Notes: generated from the sequence alone by a model not told the origin. Positions 1 to 9,756 are shown, counted from the first letter of the stretch. The stretch is 64,000 bases of DNA from an uncultured Spirochaetota bacterium (GCA_964583615.1 CAZOWM010000010.1:11480-75479), one strand, 5' to 3'. Numbers and translations are program-made.

Positions 1-53
1 CGTTTTCCTCTCTCTGGTTTTGCACGATTTTATCGATTTTTCGGAGTCAAACC

Positions 54-1235
54 ATGAAACAGTATAAATTATTCGTCGTTTTTCTCGTGTGTGCCCTGAT
101 TTACTGCGTTCTTCCGGCACTCGCTCCCTCAGATGAAGTAACAGAAATGTGGGCGCGGCTCTACAAGCAGGCCGACACGCTGAAGCAGAAGTATGAGATC
201 ATGCAGAACATTGTCGAAATGCACGACAGGGACATCAGTCCCCTGCTGATCGATGCGCTCGATGAGCTTATCCAGCAGAGCCTCTATCTCGACAGAAAGG
301 AAAAGGCCATTCTCAATGATCTCAAGATTATGGTCGTGAAGAAGCTCGGCGACCTCAGGGCGGCGAATGCCGCGGAATACATATTTACCGTGGTGATCGA
401 AGCGGACGACCCGCAGCTCAAGAGCGAGGCGCTCATCGCACTTGGAGAAATCGGGGCTGCAGAGTATGCGCGAGACATATCACTGATCTTGAGAAACCTC
501 ACCCTCTGCCGCGGGGAGGACGTGCGTGCGGATGAGGCGGTGGCATACGGATGTGTTCTGGCCCTGGCAAAACTGAAGGACCCGATCGGATATCTGCCCG
601 CGTTCTTTACCACCACTGCAGGATTTTCTCGAAAGATCAAGGACGAGGCGGAGAGGGCGCTCGTCACCATGACGGACGATCCTTCCGAAATTCTCGCCGG
701 GCTCGTGAAAAACGAGTCGTCATTCGACATGAAGCTCGAGGGATTGAAGGCTGAAAACCGTTCCAATGCACCGTCGGAAAAAAAGACTGCGGTCGCCACC
801 ATTGCGCTGAACGAGGGTCTGATCAACAAATCCGCCGATAAGGATGAGGAAACGGTTCTCAGAGAGCTCAGGCGTCTGGCTATGCAGATGATAATCGACC
901 TCGGAAATGCAGAAAACCGGACCATACCACTGCTTGAAGATGTTCTCTATCTCAACAACGACGAGAGTGAGAAGGTTTTTGCCATCGAGGCTCTGCGTTC
1001 CATATCGGGAGAAGAGGCGGCCGGAGCGCTCGCGAGGTTCCTCGGGTATCAGAACGACAGGCAGCAGTCTGGGGTGAGCATCGGAGACAACAGGGTGGTG
1101 CTCGCAACCATCAAGGCACTGGGCAGCGTGCAGAGCAGGGTGGGGTACGAAGAGCTTCTGCGGTCGAAATATGCGGGCTATCCCGCCATTGTGGCTCGTG
1201 AGGCGGACAAAGCCCTGAAATCTCTCAGTGAATAA
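54..1235 (+). CDS. HEAT/PBS-lyase-repeat protein with N-terminal signal/anchor
   Basis: 393 aa. Hydrophobic N-terminus, repeated helical motifs (ALIALGEIG, AIEALRSI, TIKALGSV), GGAG SD at 43-46. Confidence 0.8.
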   Translation: MKQYKLFVVFLVCALIYCVLPALAPSDEVTEMWARLYKQADTLKQKYEIMQNIVEMHDRDISPLLIDALDELIQQSLYLDRKEKAILNDLKIMVVKKLGDLRAANAAEYIFTVVIEADDPQLKSEALIALGEIGAAEYARDISLILRNLTLCRGEDVRADEAVAYGCVLALAKLKDPIGYLPAFFTTTAGFSRKIKDEAERALVTMTDDPSEILAGLVKNESSFDMKLEGLKAENRSNAPSEKKTAVATIALNEGLINKSADKDEETVLRELRRLAMQMIIDLGNAENRTIPLLEDVLYLNNDESEKVFAIEALRSISGEEAAGALARFLGYQNDRQQSGVSIGDNRVVLATIKALGSVQSRVGYEELLRSKYAGYPAIVAREADKALKSLSE

Positions 1236-1367
1236 AAGTGTTCGCTTTCGCAGTTCTTTTTCTTGAAAAACCTCTTATGAATCTTCCGCGCACGGCAAGG
1301 GCATCGGGAGTCCTTTTTCCTCCTTCATGCTAACACCCACGCCACGGTTGCCGTGCGCCATTTTCGT

Positions 1368-1394
1368 TAAATTTATCGAGATAAGTGTCGAATA
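1368..1394 (+). promoter_or_regulatory. Candidate sigma-28 (FliA/SigD) promoter for the PilZ gene
   Basis: TAAATTTA-N11-GTCGAATA versus consensus TAAAGTTT-N11-GCCGATAA, 33 nt upstream of a flagellar-brake gene. Confidence 0.4.
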
Positions 1395-1427
1395 ATAAAT
1401 AAATAGAATCTTATCTCTGAGGAAACA

Positions 1428-2504
1428 GTGCGAGTAGTATTAATTTTCTCCATCATTTTTGTTATTATTGTCTTCGTTGTTATCCGTTTTCGGGGAGGAA
1501 AAAAGCGGTTTCCATGGTACGAGTTTTACAGCAGGGGGCGTAAAGAGGGTTTCTCTTTCAAAGAGATCAAGTTCTTAAAGGAGATTGCAGTTCAGAACAG
1601 GCTCGAAAAACCGCAGTCAATCTTCTGGTCGACGCGGCAGCTCGACCGGTGCCTGAAGCCCGCAATACAGAAAATCAATGCCGATGATGGAATGGAACCT
1701 GTGGAAAAAGCCGCAATCATTCACAAGCTCCTGCAGCTGAGGAAAAAGGCCGAGTTAAATCTTCCCAAGTACAAGAAACGAATCAGAGATACAACCGCGC
1801 TTCTTCCGCGGCAGCGGCTCGCGGTCCGGGAACAGACATACGGGTCATTCGTGAGCTGGATCGTGGAAATAAACAGGAAATATCTCGTCGTTACTATGCC
1901 TTCGGGGCAGAAAGGGTGGCAGTCTCTCAATTGGAGCGGAAAAAAGCTGGAGATATACTTCTGGCGGCAGGATGACGCAGGCTATACGTTCGAGACGAAA
2001 GTCGTTGAACAAATCACCCATGACGAATACCCCCTGCTCTATCTCACCCACTCCAATAATCTGAGAAGAATGCAAAAAAGAAAAAGCGTCAGAGTGGAGA
2101 CAAATTTTCCCGCCCGATTCAACCCCGTCTCATACTCCAAGGTGGGAGGGGTGAACAAGGCGTTCGTGTCGAAAAGGGTCTACGCGGCGAAAATCATCGA
2201 CCTGTCCGAAACCGGCTGCTGCATGCTCGCGGGAACTACGCTGAAGAAAAACGACAGGCTGAAGATTGATTTTCACATCACAAAGGAAAAAAGAATAATC
2301 GCCCTTGGACTGATCGTTAGCGCGTCGAAAACGGGCGATGAGAGGGTGAGACAGTATCACATCATGTTTTTAAAGATCAGCCCTGTATCGACGAACAATA
2401 TTCTCCTCTATGTCTACAACATATTCGGTGAACGGGCAGACCAGACACAACAGAGAAAGAGAACCACCTCAATTCCTCCCCGGAACAAAGAAAAAGTAAC
2501 CTAG
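1428..2504 (+). CDS. PilZ-domain c-di-GMP-binding flagellar brake protein (YcgR-like)
   Basis: N-terminal TM helix. QKRKSVR (RxxxR) and DLSETG (DxSxxG) c-di-GMP motifs. GTG start. Confidence 0.88.
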   Translation: MRVVLIFSIIFVIIVFVVIRFRGGKKRFPWYEFYSRGRKEGFSFKEIKFLKEIAVQNRLEKPQSIFWSTRQLDRCLKPAIQKINADDGMEPVEKAAIIHKLLQLRKKAELNLPKYKKRIRDTTALLPRQRLAVREQTYGSFVSWIVEINRKYLVVTMPSGQKGWQSLNWSGKKLEIYFWRQDDAGYTFETKVVEQITHDEYPLLYLTHSNNLRRMQKRKSVRVETNFPARFNPVSYSKVGGVNKAFVSKRVYAAKIIDLSETGCCMLAGTTLKKNDRLKIDFHITKEKRIIALGLIVSASKTGDERVRQYHIMFLKISPVSTNNILLYVYNIFGERADQTQQRKRTTSIPPRNKEKVT

Positions 2505-2524
2505 AAAAACCAATAGCAGCGACC

Positions 2525-2550
2525 CGCGGCGTGCCGGCCGCGCTTTTTTT
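2525..2550 (+). terminator. Rho-independent terminator
   Basis: CGCGGC-gtgccg-GCCGCG stem followed by a 7-T run. Confidence 0.75.
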
Positions 2551-2592
2551 CGATAACACATGATGCCCAATTAATTTCACTGTATATTCTAT

Positions 2593-3489
2593 GTGAACAG
2601 ACATTCGCTGACCGAAGGCAGTGCAGTTATGTTTTTTTTAAAGGTTTTATTTCTCTCATGTGCTCTTGTTCCCGATCGGGCGGCAATGATTCTTGCGCGT
2701 ATGCTCAAGTGTGTGTTTTATAGAAAGCTCACCAGGGGAAAATTGAAATTCGTAAAAACAACGCAGGTGATTCCAAAACTCTTTCCTGACCGCGGGCGCG
2801 AGTGGCAGGAGCGGATCATCAAACAAAACTCCCTCCACTACATGAAACTTGCCCTTGAAATGCTGAAGGCGCGGACTTCAAAAACGAAGCGTGCGGTTAT
2901 CAGAAAAATTTATATTGCGGAAGGAAGGCAGTACCTGGAGAGGCTGCTCGAATCAGGCGATGGATTTACCGTTCTCACACTGCACGAAGGGAACTTCGAA
3001 TACGCAGCTGCCTATATCGGGATGATATACCGGCCCATTTACACACCCGTTTCCGTGAGCGACACGAAGGGGAGCAGGATCATGAACTGGGCACGTGAGG
3101 GCCACAACTGCAATCTCATCGAGGTACGGCCCGGTGCGAAAAACGCCGCCCGCGCACTTGCCGAGATGATCCGGCTTCTCAAACGGGGGGAGATCATCTT
3201 TCTCGTGGCAGACCAGAGAGGAACCGGAGGCGACTTCATGGGAGAGCTCTTTGGGAAGATGCTGCGGCAGTACGGCGGGCCGTATATTCTCGGACAGCGC
3301 GCGAAAAAGCTCTTTTTACCGATGTACAGTCTCAGAGACCGGCGCGACAAAATCGCTGTCCATTTCGAACAGCCGTTCTATTTGAACGGAGACGATCTCG
3401 AAACAGACATCAAAAAGGTAACGGGTTTTTTCGAAAAGGTCATGCGGGCGCATCCTGACCAGTATCTCTGGAGCAAGGACAGGTGGTGA
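2593..3489 (+). CDS. LpxL/HtrB-family lysophospholipid (lipid A lauroyl) acyltransferase
   Basis: HEGNFE catalytic motif, ADQ motif, C-terminal PDQYLW..RW. Alternative start at ATG 2629. Confidence 0.85.
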   Translation: MNRHSLTEGSAVMFFLKVLFLSCALVPDRAAMILARMLKCVFYRKLTRGKLKFVKTTQVIPKLFPDRGREWQERIIKQNSLHYMKLALEMLKARTSKTKRAVIRKIYIAEGRQYLERLLESGDGFTVLTLHEGNFEYAAAYIGMIYRPIYTPVSVSDTKGSRIMNWAREGHNCNLIEVRPGAKNAARALAEMIRLLKRGEIIFLVADQRGTGGDFMGELFGKMLRQYGGPYILGQRAKKLFLPMYSLRDRRDKIAVHFEQPFYLNGDDLETDIKKVTGFFEKVMRAHPDQYLWSKDRW

Positions 3490-3860
3490 AACTGCCTCTT
3501 CCGGCACGTGAAGACAGACCCTGCGCACTTTGTTCAGGGTATCGATGCTTCAATCACTGCCTATTGAGTCGATTGCTTTTTTACTTCATCGAATGCATTT
3601 CGTGTGCACTGAAACGCTTCGCAGTTGATAAAAATTATCTTCTCTTGTATACTGTCGAGTGAGTTTGCGCTCGCGACTTTAACGGCCACGAACGCGTTTT
3701 TTGCTGTATTTTCCGCGGTGCTGAACGTGATCTTCAGGAAATTGGAGAAGGTTCCGGGTTTCGATAAGATTCGTGTTGATGCTCATAAGATTCACCTCTG
3801 TATGTAATGCATGCATCATAACTGGAAAATATTTTTTTAATAATCTTAAGGAAGGAGAAC

Positions 3861-4880
3861 ATGCAAACGCTGAAATTTTGTCTCATTGGTGCGGGAAGGG
3901 CGGGTATGGTACATGCGAAAAATATTGCATTCAATCTGAAGAACGCAGAGCTCACTGCAATTGTCGACAAGGAACCCTCTGTCCTGGAGCAGAGAGGGCA
4001 TGAGCTCGGCGTGAAGAATCTGTTCCGGGAGCTCGACGACGCGCTGGGCTCATCGCTTTTCGACGCGGTGGTCATTGTCACCCCCACATTCACACACAGA
4101 GACATTGCCGTAAAGGCTGCACAGGCAAACAAGCACGTGTTCTGTGAGAAGCCGATGTGTGTGCGTGTTGAAGAAGCGAGTGACATGATCGATGCGGCAC
4201 AAAAAAACGGAGTGAAGCTGCAGATTGCGTTTATGCGGAGGTTCGATCCGCCCTTCGTTCACGCGCGGGAGGTTGTCGACTCCGGAGAGCTTGGCGAGGT
4301 AATGATCGTCAAGTCAATCGGAAGAGGCCCCGGGCTTCCGCCCCCGTGGTCGTACAACGTTTCTGAGAGTAACGGCCTGCTGGGTGAAGTGAATTCCCAC
4401 GATTTCGACTCCACACGTTGGATTGCGGGGGGAGAGTACCGCAGAATATACGCGGAAGCGGTGAACAGAAAAGTGCCGAAACTCAGGGACGAGTATCCGG
4501 ATTTTTATGACAATGTCGTGTGCACCGTGCGGTTCGACAACGAAGTGATCGGCACGATAGACGGAACATGCCCTGCGGATTACGGCTATGATGCGCGAAC
4601 GGAGATCGTGCTGACAAAGGGTCTGATTTGCATCGGTGAGATCCGAGGGGAGGCGTACATGAGCTGCGGTGTCAGCGGCGTGATCAACCAAAATGCCTGG
4701 CGCAGCTGGCGCAACAGGTTTAAAGACGCGTATCTTGGTGAGATGAGGAGCTTTATCGATGCGGTACAAAACGACACGCAGACGAAGGTCACAGGGAATG
4801 ACGGGCTTGCTGCGGTTGAGGCGGTTGTCGCGGCGAATGAATCGATAAGAAACGGGTTGCCGGTGGAGATCAAAAGATGA
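3861..4880 (+). CDS. Gfo/Idh/MocA oxidoreductase, myo-inositol 2-dehydrogenase-like
   Basis: GAGRAG Rossmann motif, CEKP, AFMRRFDP, SHDFD, GYD.RTE. Strong SD AAGGAG. Confidence 0.9.
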   Translation: MQTLKFCLIGAGRAGMVHAKNIAFNLKNAELTAIVDKEPSVLEQRGHELGVKNLFRELDDALGSSLFDAVVIVTPTFTHRDIAVKAAQANKHVFCEKPMCVRVEEASDMIDAAQKNGVKLQIAFMRRFDPPFVHAREVVDSGELGEVMIVKSIGRGPGLPPPWSYNVSESNGLLGEVNSHDFDSTRWIAGGEYRRIYAEAVNRKVPKLRDEYPDFYDNVVCTVRFDNEVIGTIDGTCPADYGYDARTEIVLTKGLICIGEIRGEAYMSCGVSGVINQNAWRSWRNRFKDAYLGEMRSFIDAVQNDTQTKVTGNDGLAAVEAVVAANESIRNGLPVEIKR

Positions 4881-6352
4881 ATATGTTTATCGGAGTGGAT
4901 ATCGGTACAACAGGTGTGCGTGCGGGAGTGTACGGAGAGGATTTTTCCCTGCTCGGCACCGGGGAGGGGAAGTCGATTATCAGAAGAGGGCCGAAGGGGG
5001 AAATATACCAGGACACGGACGAAATGTACGCGGAAACCGCAGCAGCGGTGAAAACTGCGCTCGAGAGCACGGGGGTTCGCGGGAGTGCGGTGTCAGCGCT
5101 GTCGTTCGCCGGCCAGATGGCGGGAATCATCGGGATCGACAACAACTGGAACGCGCTCACGCCCTATGACTCGTGGCTCGACACCCGCTGCTCGGGTCAG
5201 GTTTCGGAAATAAAAAAGAAAGCCTACGATCTGGTGATCGAACGCACGGGAAACATTCCGAGTTACAACCACGGCCCCAAAATACTCTGGTGGAAACAGA
5301 TGGAGCCTGAGCTGTTTGAGCGCATCGCGCGCTTCATTCAGCCTGGTGCCTATGTCGCGGGGAGGCTCTGCGGTCTGAACGCGTCGGAGGCGTTCATCGA
5401 CTGGACGTACCTTCACTTCTCCGGATTTGCGGGGAATCAGGGCCTGGGCTGGGACGAGGAGCTTCTCGGGATGTTCGATGTGGCTCCAGAAAAGCTCCCG
5501 CAGATCGTCTCACCGCTCCACGTAGTCGGAAAGGCGCAAAAAGATGAGGCAGCGCTTTTCGGTGTTTTGGAGGGGACCCCTGTGGCTGCGGGGTGCGGTG
5601 ACACGGCCTCCTGTTTTCTCGGCACCGGGGCGGTAAAAAAGGGAATCGCAGTGGATGTTGCGGGAACCGCGTCCGTGTTCGCGCTCACCACGGACAGTTT
5701 CATCACCGACAGATCCGGGCTGGTGTACTGCTCCCGTTCGGTGATAAAGGACCTGTGGTACTCGATGTCCTACATCAACGGCGGGGGGCTCAACCTCGAG
5801 TGGTTCAAGGACACCTTCGCGCAGGATACCACCTTTGAGGAGATGAACAGCGCGATCGAAGACATTTCCCCGGGGTCCGACGGCCTGATTTTCATTCCCC
5901 ATCTCGAGGGGCGCGGGTACCCCTACGAACCCGACATGAGGGGGCACTGGAAGGGGTTCACCAGAAACCACACACGCGCGCACTTTTACCGGTCGATCCT
6001 GGAAGGGATTGCGTATGAGTATTCTCTGTACAAAGAAAAGATACTCGGAATGCTGGGAGGCGAGCTCTCGTACAGCGTTCGCGGCGTGGGCGGAGGCGCA
6101 AAGAGCGGGATATGGAACAGGATCAAAGCCGATATTCTCGGCTGCAGCTACTGCACGATAAACAGGGAAGATATCGGAATACTCGGCCAGGCGATGATTG
6201 CAGCAGCCGCAGTGGGGCACGTGGATGATCTGAGCGCTGCGGCAGGAAAAATAATCAGGAAAGTGGATGAGATCAGGCCGAATGCAGACAATGTGAGAGA
6301 CTATGCCGTATACATTGAAAAATATAAAAAACTCCTTGCAGAAGCAGGGTGA
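4877..6352 (+). CDS. FGGY-family carbohydrate kinase (xylulokinase-like)
   Basis: GVDIGTTGVR, GQMAG, WLDTR, GDTA, GTA, GGGAKS. ATGA overlap with the upstream gene. Confidence 0.9.
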   Translation: MNMFIGVDIGTTGVRAGVYGEDFSLLGTGEGKSIIRRGPKGEIYQDTDEMYAETAAAVKTALESTGVRGSAVSALSFAGQMAGIIGIDNNWNALTPYDSWLDTRCSGQVSEIKKKAYDLVIERTGNIPSYNHGPKILWWKQMEPELFERIARFIQPGAYVAGRLCGLNASEAFIDWTYLHFSGFAGNQGLGWDEELLGMFDVAPEKLPQIVSPLHVVGKAQKDEAALFGVLEGTPVAAGCGDTASCFLGTGAVKKGIAVDVAGTASVFALTTDSFITDRSGLVYCSRSVIKDLWYSMSYINGGGLNLEWFKDTFAQDTTFEEMNSAIEDISPGSDGLIFIPHLEGRGYPYEPDMRGHWKGFTRNHTRAHFYRSILEGIAYEYSLYKEKILGMLGGELSYSVRGVGGGAKSGIWNRIKADILGCSYCTINREDIGILGQAMIAAAAVGHVDDLSAAAGKIIRKVDEIRPNADNVRDYAVYIEKYKKLLAEAG

Positions 6353-6402
6353 CAAGCAGTTTTGTTTTCTCTGATAACCAAAACAATGAAAGGAAAGCCA
6401 AA

Positions 6403-7560
6403 ATGAAAACGCTCAATGTCGGTATTATCGGTTACAAGTTCATGGGCAAGGCCCACAGCAATGCGTGGATAAAGGCGCCGCGTTTTTTCGACCTCGATAT
6501 TCAGCCGGTAATGAAGGTTGCGTGCGGACGGCATGCGGAGCCTCTCGCTGAATTTGCCCGGCGGTGGGGATGGGAGCAGACATGCACGGACTGGAAGGAG
6601 CTGATCGCGCGGGACGACATCGACATCGTGGATGTTGCGGCGCCCCAGAATCTTCACCATGACATCGCCGTGGCAGCGGCAAAGGCGGGAAAGCACATCT
6701 TCTGTGAAAAACCTCAGGCAATGAGCTACGCCCAGGCAAAGGAGATGTACGAAGCAGCCGAAAAGGCGGGGGTGAAGCACTACCTCAATCACAACTACAG
6801 GCGGTGCCCTGCGGTCAGGCTCGCGAAAAAGCTCATCGACGAGGGAAGGATCGGGAGGATCTTTCACTGGCTCGGAGAGTACCTCCAGTCATGGATTGTG
6901 GACCCGAACTTCCCCCTCACCTGGCACCTGAGAAAGGAAACCGCCGGGTACGGACCCCACATAGACCTCAATTCCCACATGATCGATATGGCACGGTATC
7001 TCGTGGGTGAGGTAAGCAGCATCTCGTGTATGACGAAGCAGTTCATTTCAGAGCGGCCCTTGCCCGATGAGGTCGCAGCAGGCACATTCAAGGCTGCGGT
7101 GAAGAAAGGAGAGATGGGAAAGGTCGGGGTCGAGGACGCGGCATTCGTGATTGCCGAGTTTGCAAACGGCGCACTCGGCTGTTTCAATACCACACGGTTT
7201 GCCACGGGGAGGAAAAATTACAACCACTTTGAAATCTATGGAGACAGGGGAAGCCTGATTTTCAACTTTGAGCGCATGAATGAGCTCCAGTTTTACTCCG
7301 CAGAGGACCCGGAATACGCTCGGGGGTTCAGGACCATCATTGCCACTGACCCATCACACGAATACATCGCACACTGGTGGCCCGAGGGGCACATCATCGG
7401 ATACGAGCATGAGTTCGTGCACGCGGTTGTGGATTTCCTCAATGCGATCGACAAAGATACCGCAATCGAGCCCAACTTTTACGACGGAATGAAGGGCATG
7501 CAGGTAATCGAAGCGGGGATCGAGTCTGCGAAATCCGGGAAAGTCGTGAAGATTGCGTAA
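6403..7560 (+). CDS. Gfo/Idh/MocA oxidoreductase (second paralogue)
   Basis: GIIGYKFMGKAHS, FCEKP, HNYRR, DLNSHMID. Start set at ATG 6403 after an AAAGGA SD. Confidence 0.9.
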   Translation: MKTLNVGIIGYKFMGKAHSNAWIKAPRFFDLDIQPVMKVACGRHAEPLAEFARRWGWEQTCTDWKELIARDDIDIVDVAAPQNLHHDIAVAAAKAGKHIFCEKPQAMSYAQAKEMYEAAEKAGVKHYLNHNYRRCPAVRLAKKLIDEGRIGRIFHWLGEYLQSWIVDPNFPLTWHLRKETAGYGPHIDLNSHMIDMARYLVGEVSSISCMTKQFISERPLPDEVAAGTFKAAVKKGEMGKVGVEDAAFVIAEFANGALGCFNTTRFATGRKNYNHFEIYGDRGSLIFNFERMNELQFYSAEDPEYARGFRTIIATDPSHEYIAHWWPEGHIIGYEHEFVHAVVDFLNAIDKDTAIEPNFYDGMKGMQVIEAGIESAKSGKVVKIA

Positions 7561-7587
7561 ACCAGGGATTACATTCTGTAAAAAGGA

Positions 7588-7750
7588 AAGCCTGCATGCA
7601 CACAGAAAAACCGCTGCACCAATCATCACGCACACCGAGCTCTCCAGCTTCGGAAGACAGCAGGCTGAATACCTGATCGAGAGGGGAGTGGACCCTGTGC
7701 GCATCATCATAAGCCACATGGACAGAAGGATAGATATAGAAAAAAACAGA
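7588..7750 (+). pseudogene. Internal fragment of a phosphotriesterase-like lactonase (PTE family)
   Basis: AHRKTAAPIITHTE...QQAEYLIERGVDPVRIIISHMDR matches the PTE core with two metal-binding His. The N-terminal HxH and C-terminal Asp regions are absent and there is no credible in-frame start. Confidence 0.75.
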
Positions 7751-7820
7751 GGGTGCGCAGATGACGGTGAAAAATCCTGCAAAAGCGCTTTGTTTCACAA
7801 AGCTTTGAGGAAAAAGAACA

Positions 7821-8891
7821 ATGAATGAAAAAGAACGGGTGAAAAGGTTCATAAGGTTTGAGAAAACAGACTTCGTCCCCTGGCAGATCAACTGCACTTC
7901 CGAGCTCGCCGAGCGCTATATGCGCAGTCTGGGCCTTGAAGAGAGGTCGTGTACCGTTCGCGGGAAAAATGTGTACAGGTTCACCGCTCTCGACGATTAC
8001 TTCGGAAACCATCTGGCATTCCTTAGAAACCGCGCCGTTGACAGCGTTCGGGAGATCAGGCCGGGTTTTTTCAAAGACGAATGGGGGGTGGTGTGGGACA
8101 GAAGAATCGACAAGGATATCGGAAATCCCATCTGCGGACTTCTCGACGGCATGAACCTCTCAGCCCTCGAGGTGCCGGACCCTCTCGACCCGCGCCGGTT
8201 CGAGCATTTCGACCCGCTGATCAGAGCACACGAGGGCAGGTATATCATCGCAAAGTTTTCCTACAGCCTTTTCGAACGGGCGTGGGCGATACGGGGGATG
8301 CAGAATCTGATGATCGATTTCATACAGAACCCGTCGTTTGTGCACGACCTCTTTTCCGTCATTACGGAGTTCAACCTGAAACTGTTGAGGCACTGTGAGC
8401 ATTATCCTATCGACGCTGTGTATTTCGGTGATGATTGGGGAGGGCAGCGCGGTCTTCTGATAAGCCCCGATACCTGGCGCACATTCATAAAACCCTGTCT
8501 GAAACAGATGTACGCGCAGGCCCACAGCCAGGGGTATGATGTGTTTATTCACAGCTGCGGAAACATATCCGCGTTGCTGGATGACCTTATCGAGATCGGG
8601 CTCAACGTGTTCAACCCATTCCAGCCTGAGGTGATGGACATCGAAAAGCTGATGGAGAAGTACAGCGGCAGGCTCGCCTACTACGGGAGCATCAGCATAC
8701 AGCGCACGCTTCCTTTCGGCACACGGAAAGATGTGAGAGAAGAAGTAAGTCACAGACTCATGCTCGCGCAGAAATACGGAGGGCTCATTCTTTCACCCTC
8801 ACACGACATGCCGCACGACATACCGCTTGAAAATACAAAAGCGATGCTGGAAACACTCAGAGCGCAAGAGGCGGTTTTCCGCAGTGCATGA
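7821..8891 (+). CDS. Uroporphyrinogen decarboxylase / MtaA-CmuA superfamily protein
   Basis: DEWGVVW, FERAWAIRGMQN, FGDDWG.Q, HSCGN, NPFQPE, LSPSH. Confidence 0.88.
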   Translation: MNEKERVKRFIRFEKTDFVPWQINCTSELAERYMRSLGLEERSCTVRGKNVYRFTALDDYFGNHLAFLRNRAVDSVREIRPGFFKDEWGVVWDRRIDKDIGNPICGLLDGMNLSALEVPDPLDPRRFEHFDPLIRAHEGRYIIAKFSYSLFERAWAIRGMQNLMIDFIQNPSFVHDLFSVITEFNLKLLRHCEHYPIDAVYFGDDWGGQRGLLISPDTWRTFIKPCLKQMYAQAHSQGYDVFIHSCGNISALLDDLIEIGLNVFNPFQPEVMDIEKLMEKYSGRLAYYGSISIQRTLPFGTRKDVREEVSHRLMLAQKYGGLILSPSHDMPHDIPLENTKAMLETLRAQEAVFRSA

Positions 8892-8926
8892 GGTTCTCAT
8901 CAGGGTATTGTGCGCTGTATTTCCTC

Positions 8927-8955
8927 TTGACACGCGGCGGCCGCGTTGATACTTT
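8927..8955 (+). promoter_or_regulatory. Sigma-70 promoter for gntR and downstream genes
   Basis: TTGACA (8927-32), 17-nt spacer, TACTTT (8950-55), with an extended -10 TG at 8947-48. Confidence 0.7.
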
Positions 8956-8994
8956 ATGTAATAATGTAATAACAACAATACAGAATTACATATC

Positions 8995-9741
8995 ATGGAC
9001 CTCAAAAGCTCCACGCTCAACAAGGAAATACCCGTACCCCTGTACTATCAGCTCAAGGAGATACTCATTGAGCACATCAGGCAGGCGCGACAGGGCGACC
9101 CCATACCAACGGAGATGGAGCTGTGCGAACAGTTCAACATCTCAAGGCCCACGGTACGGCAGGCGGTAAACGAGCTCGTCGTGGAAGGCTATCTTCAGCG
9201 GGTGAAGGGAAAGGGGACGTTTATTGCGCGGTCCAAGATCAAACAGGACTTTCTCGTCTATCTCGAATCGTTCAACAGCGAGATGATGCGAAAGGGTCTT
9301 GTGCCCTCAACGCAGGTTCTCGAGTTCAAACGGGAACGCTGCAACAGGCAGGTGAGCGAGGTGCTGGAAGTCAAAAAAGGAAGCGAGGTCATAAAGCTCA
9401 GCCGGCTGCGGTTTGCAAACGAGGAACCGATCGTGGTTGTTTTGACCTATCTGCCTTCTGAAGACCTTCCCGGTCTTCTTTCGGAGGACTTTGTGAACGG
9501 GTCACTCTACACGATCATCGAACGCGATTACCGCCTCACGGTCGAAAGAGCGGTGAGGACCCTTGAGTCCATCGGTGCCGGTGAATATGTGTCGGGGCTT
9601 CTCAAGATCAAAATGGGCGCGCCGGTTCAGTACATAGAAACCGTCACTTATCTCGCGGGGGGAAAACCGATTGAGTTCTCAAAAGCCTACTATCGAGGGG
9701 ACAGGAACAGGTTTACCTTCGAACTTCTGAAAAAACGATAA
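8995..9741 (+). CDS. GntR-family (HutC/UTRA) transcriptional regulator
   Basis: PLYYQL, IPTEMELCEQFNISRPTVRQA HTH, RVKGKGTF, C-terminal UTRA domain (YRGDR..F). Confidence 0.93.
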   Translation: MDLKSSTLNKEIPVPLYYQLKEILIEHIRQARQGDPIPTEMELCEQFNISRPTVRQAVNELVVEGYLQRVKGKGTFIARSKIKQDFLVYLESFNSEMMRKGLVPSTQVLEFKRERCNRQVSEVLEVKKGSEVIKLSRLRFANEEPIVVVLTYLPSEDLPGLLSEDFVNGSLYTIIERDYRLTVERAVRTLESIGAGEYVSGLLKIKMGAPVQYIETVTYLAGGKPIEFSKAYYRGDRNRFTFELLKKR

Positions 9742-9756
9742 GAAAGGAGCACTCAT

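Noticed and set aside
3861-4880. Canonical myo-inositol (iol) catabolic operon
   Set aside because: No iolB/C/D/E homologue is in the cluster, so no iolG symbol was assigned.
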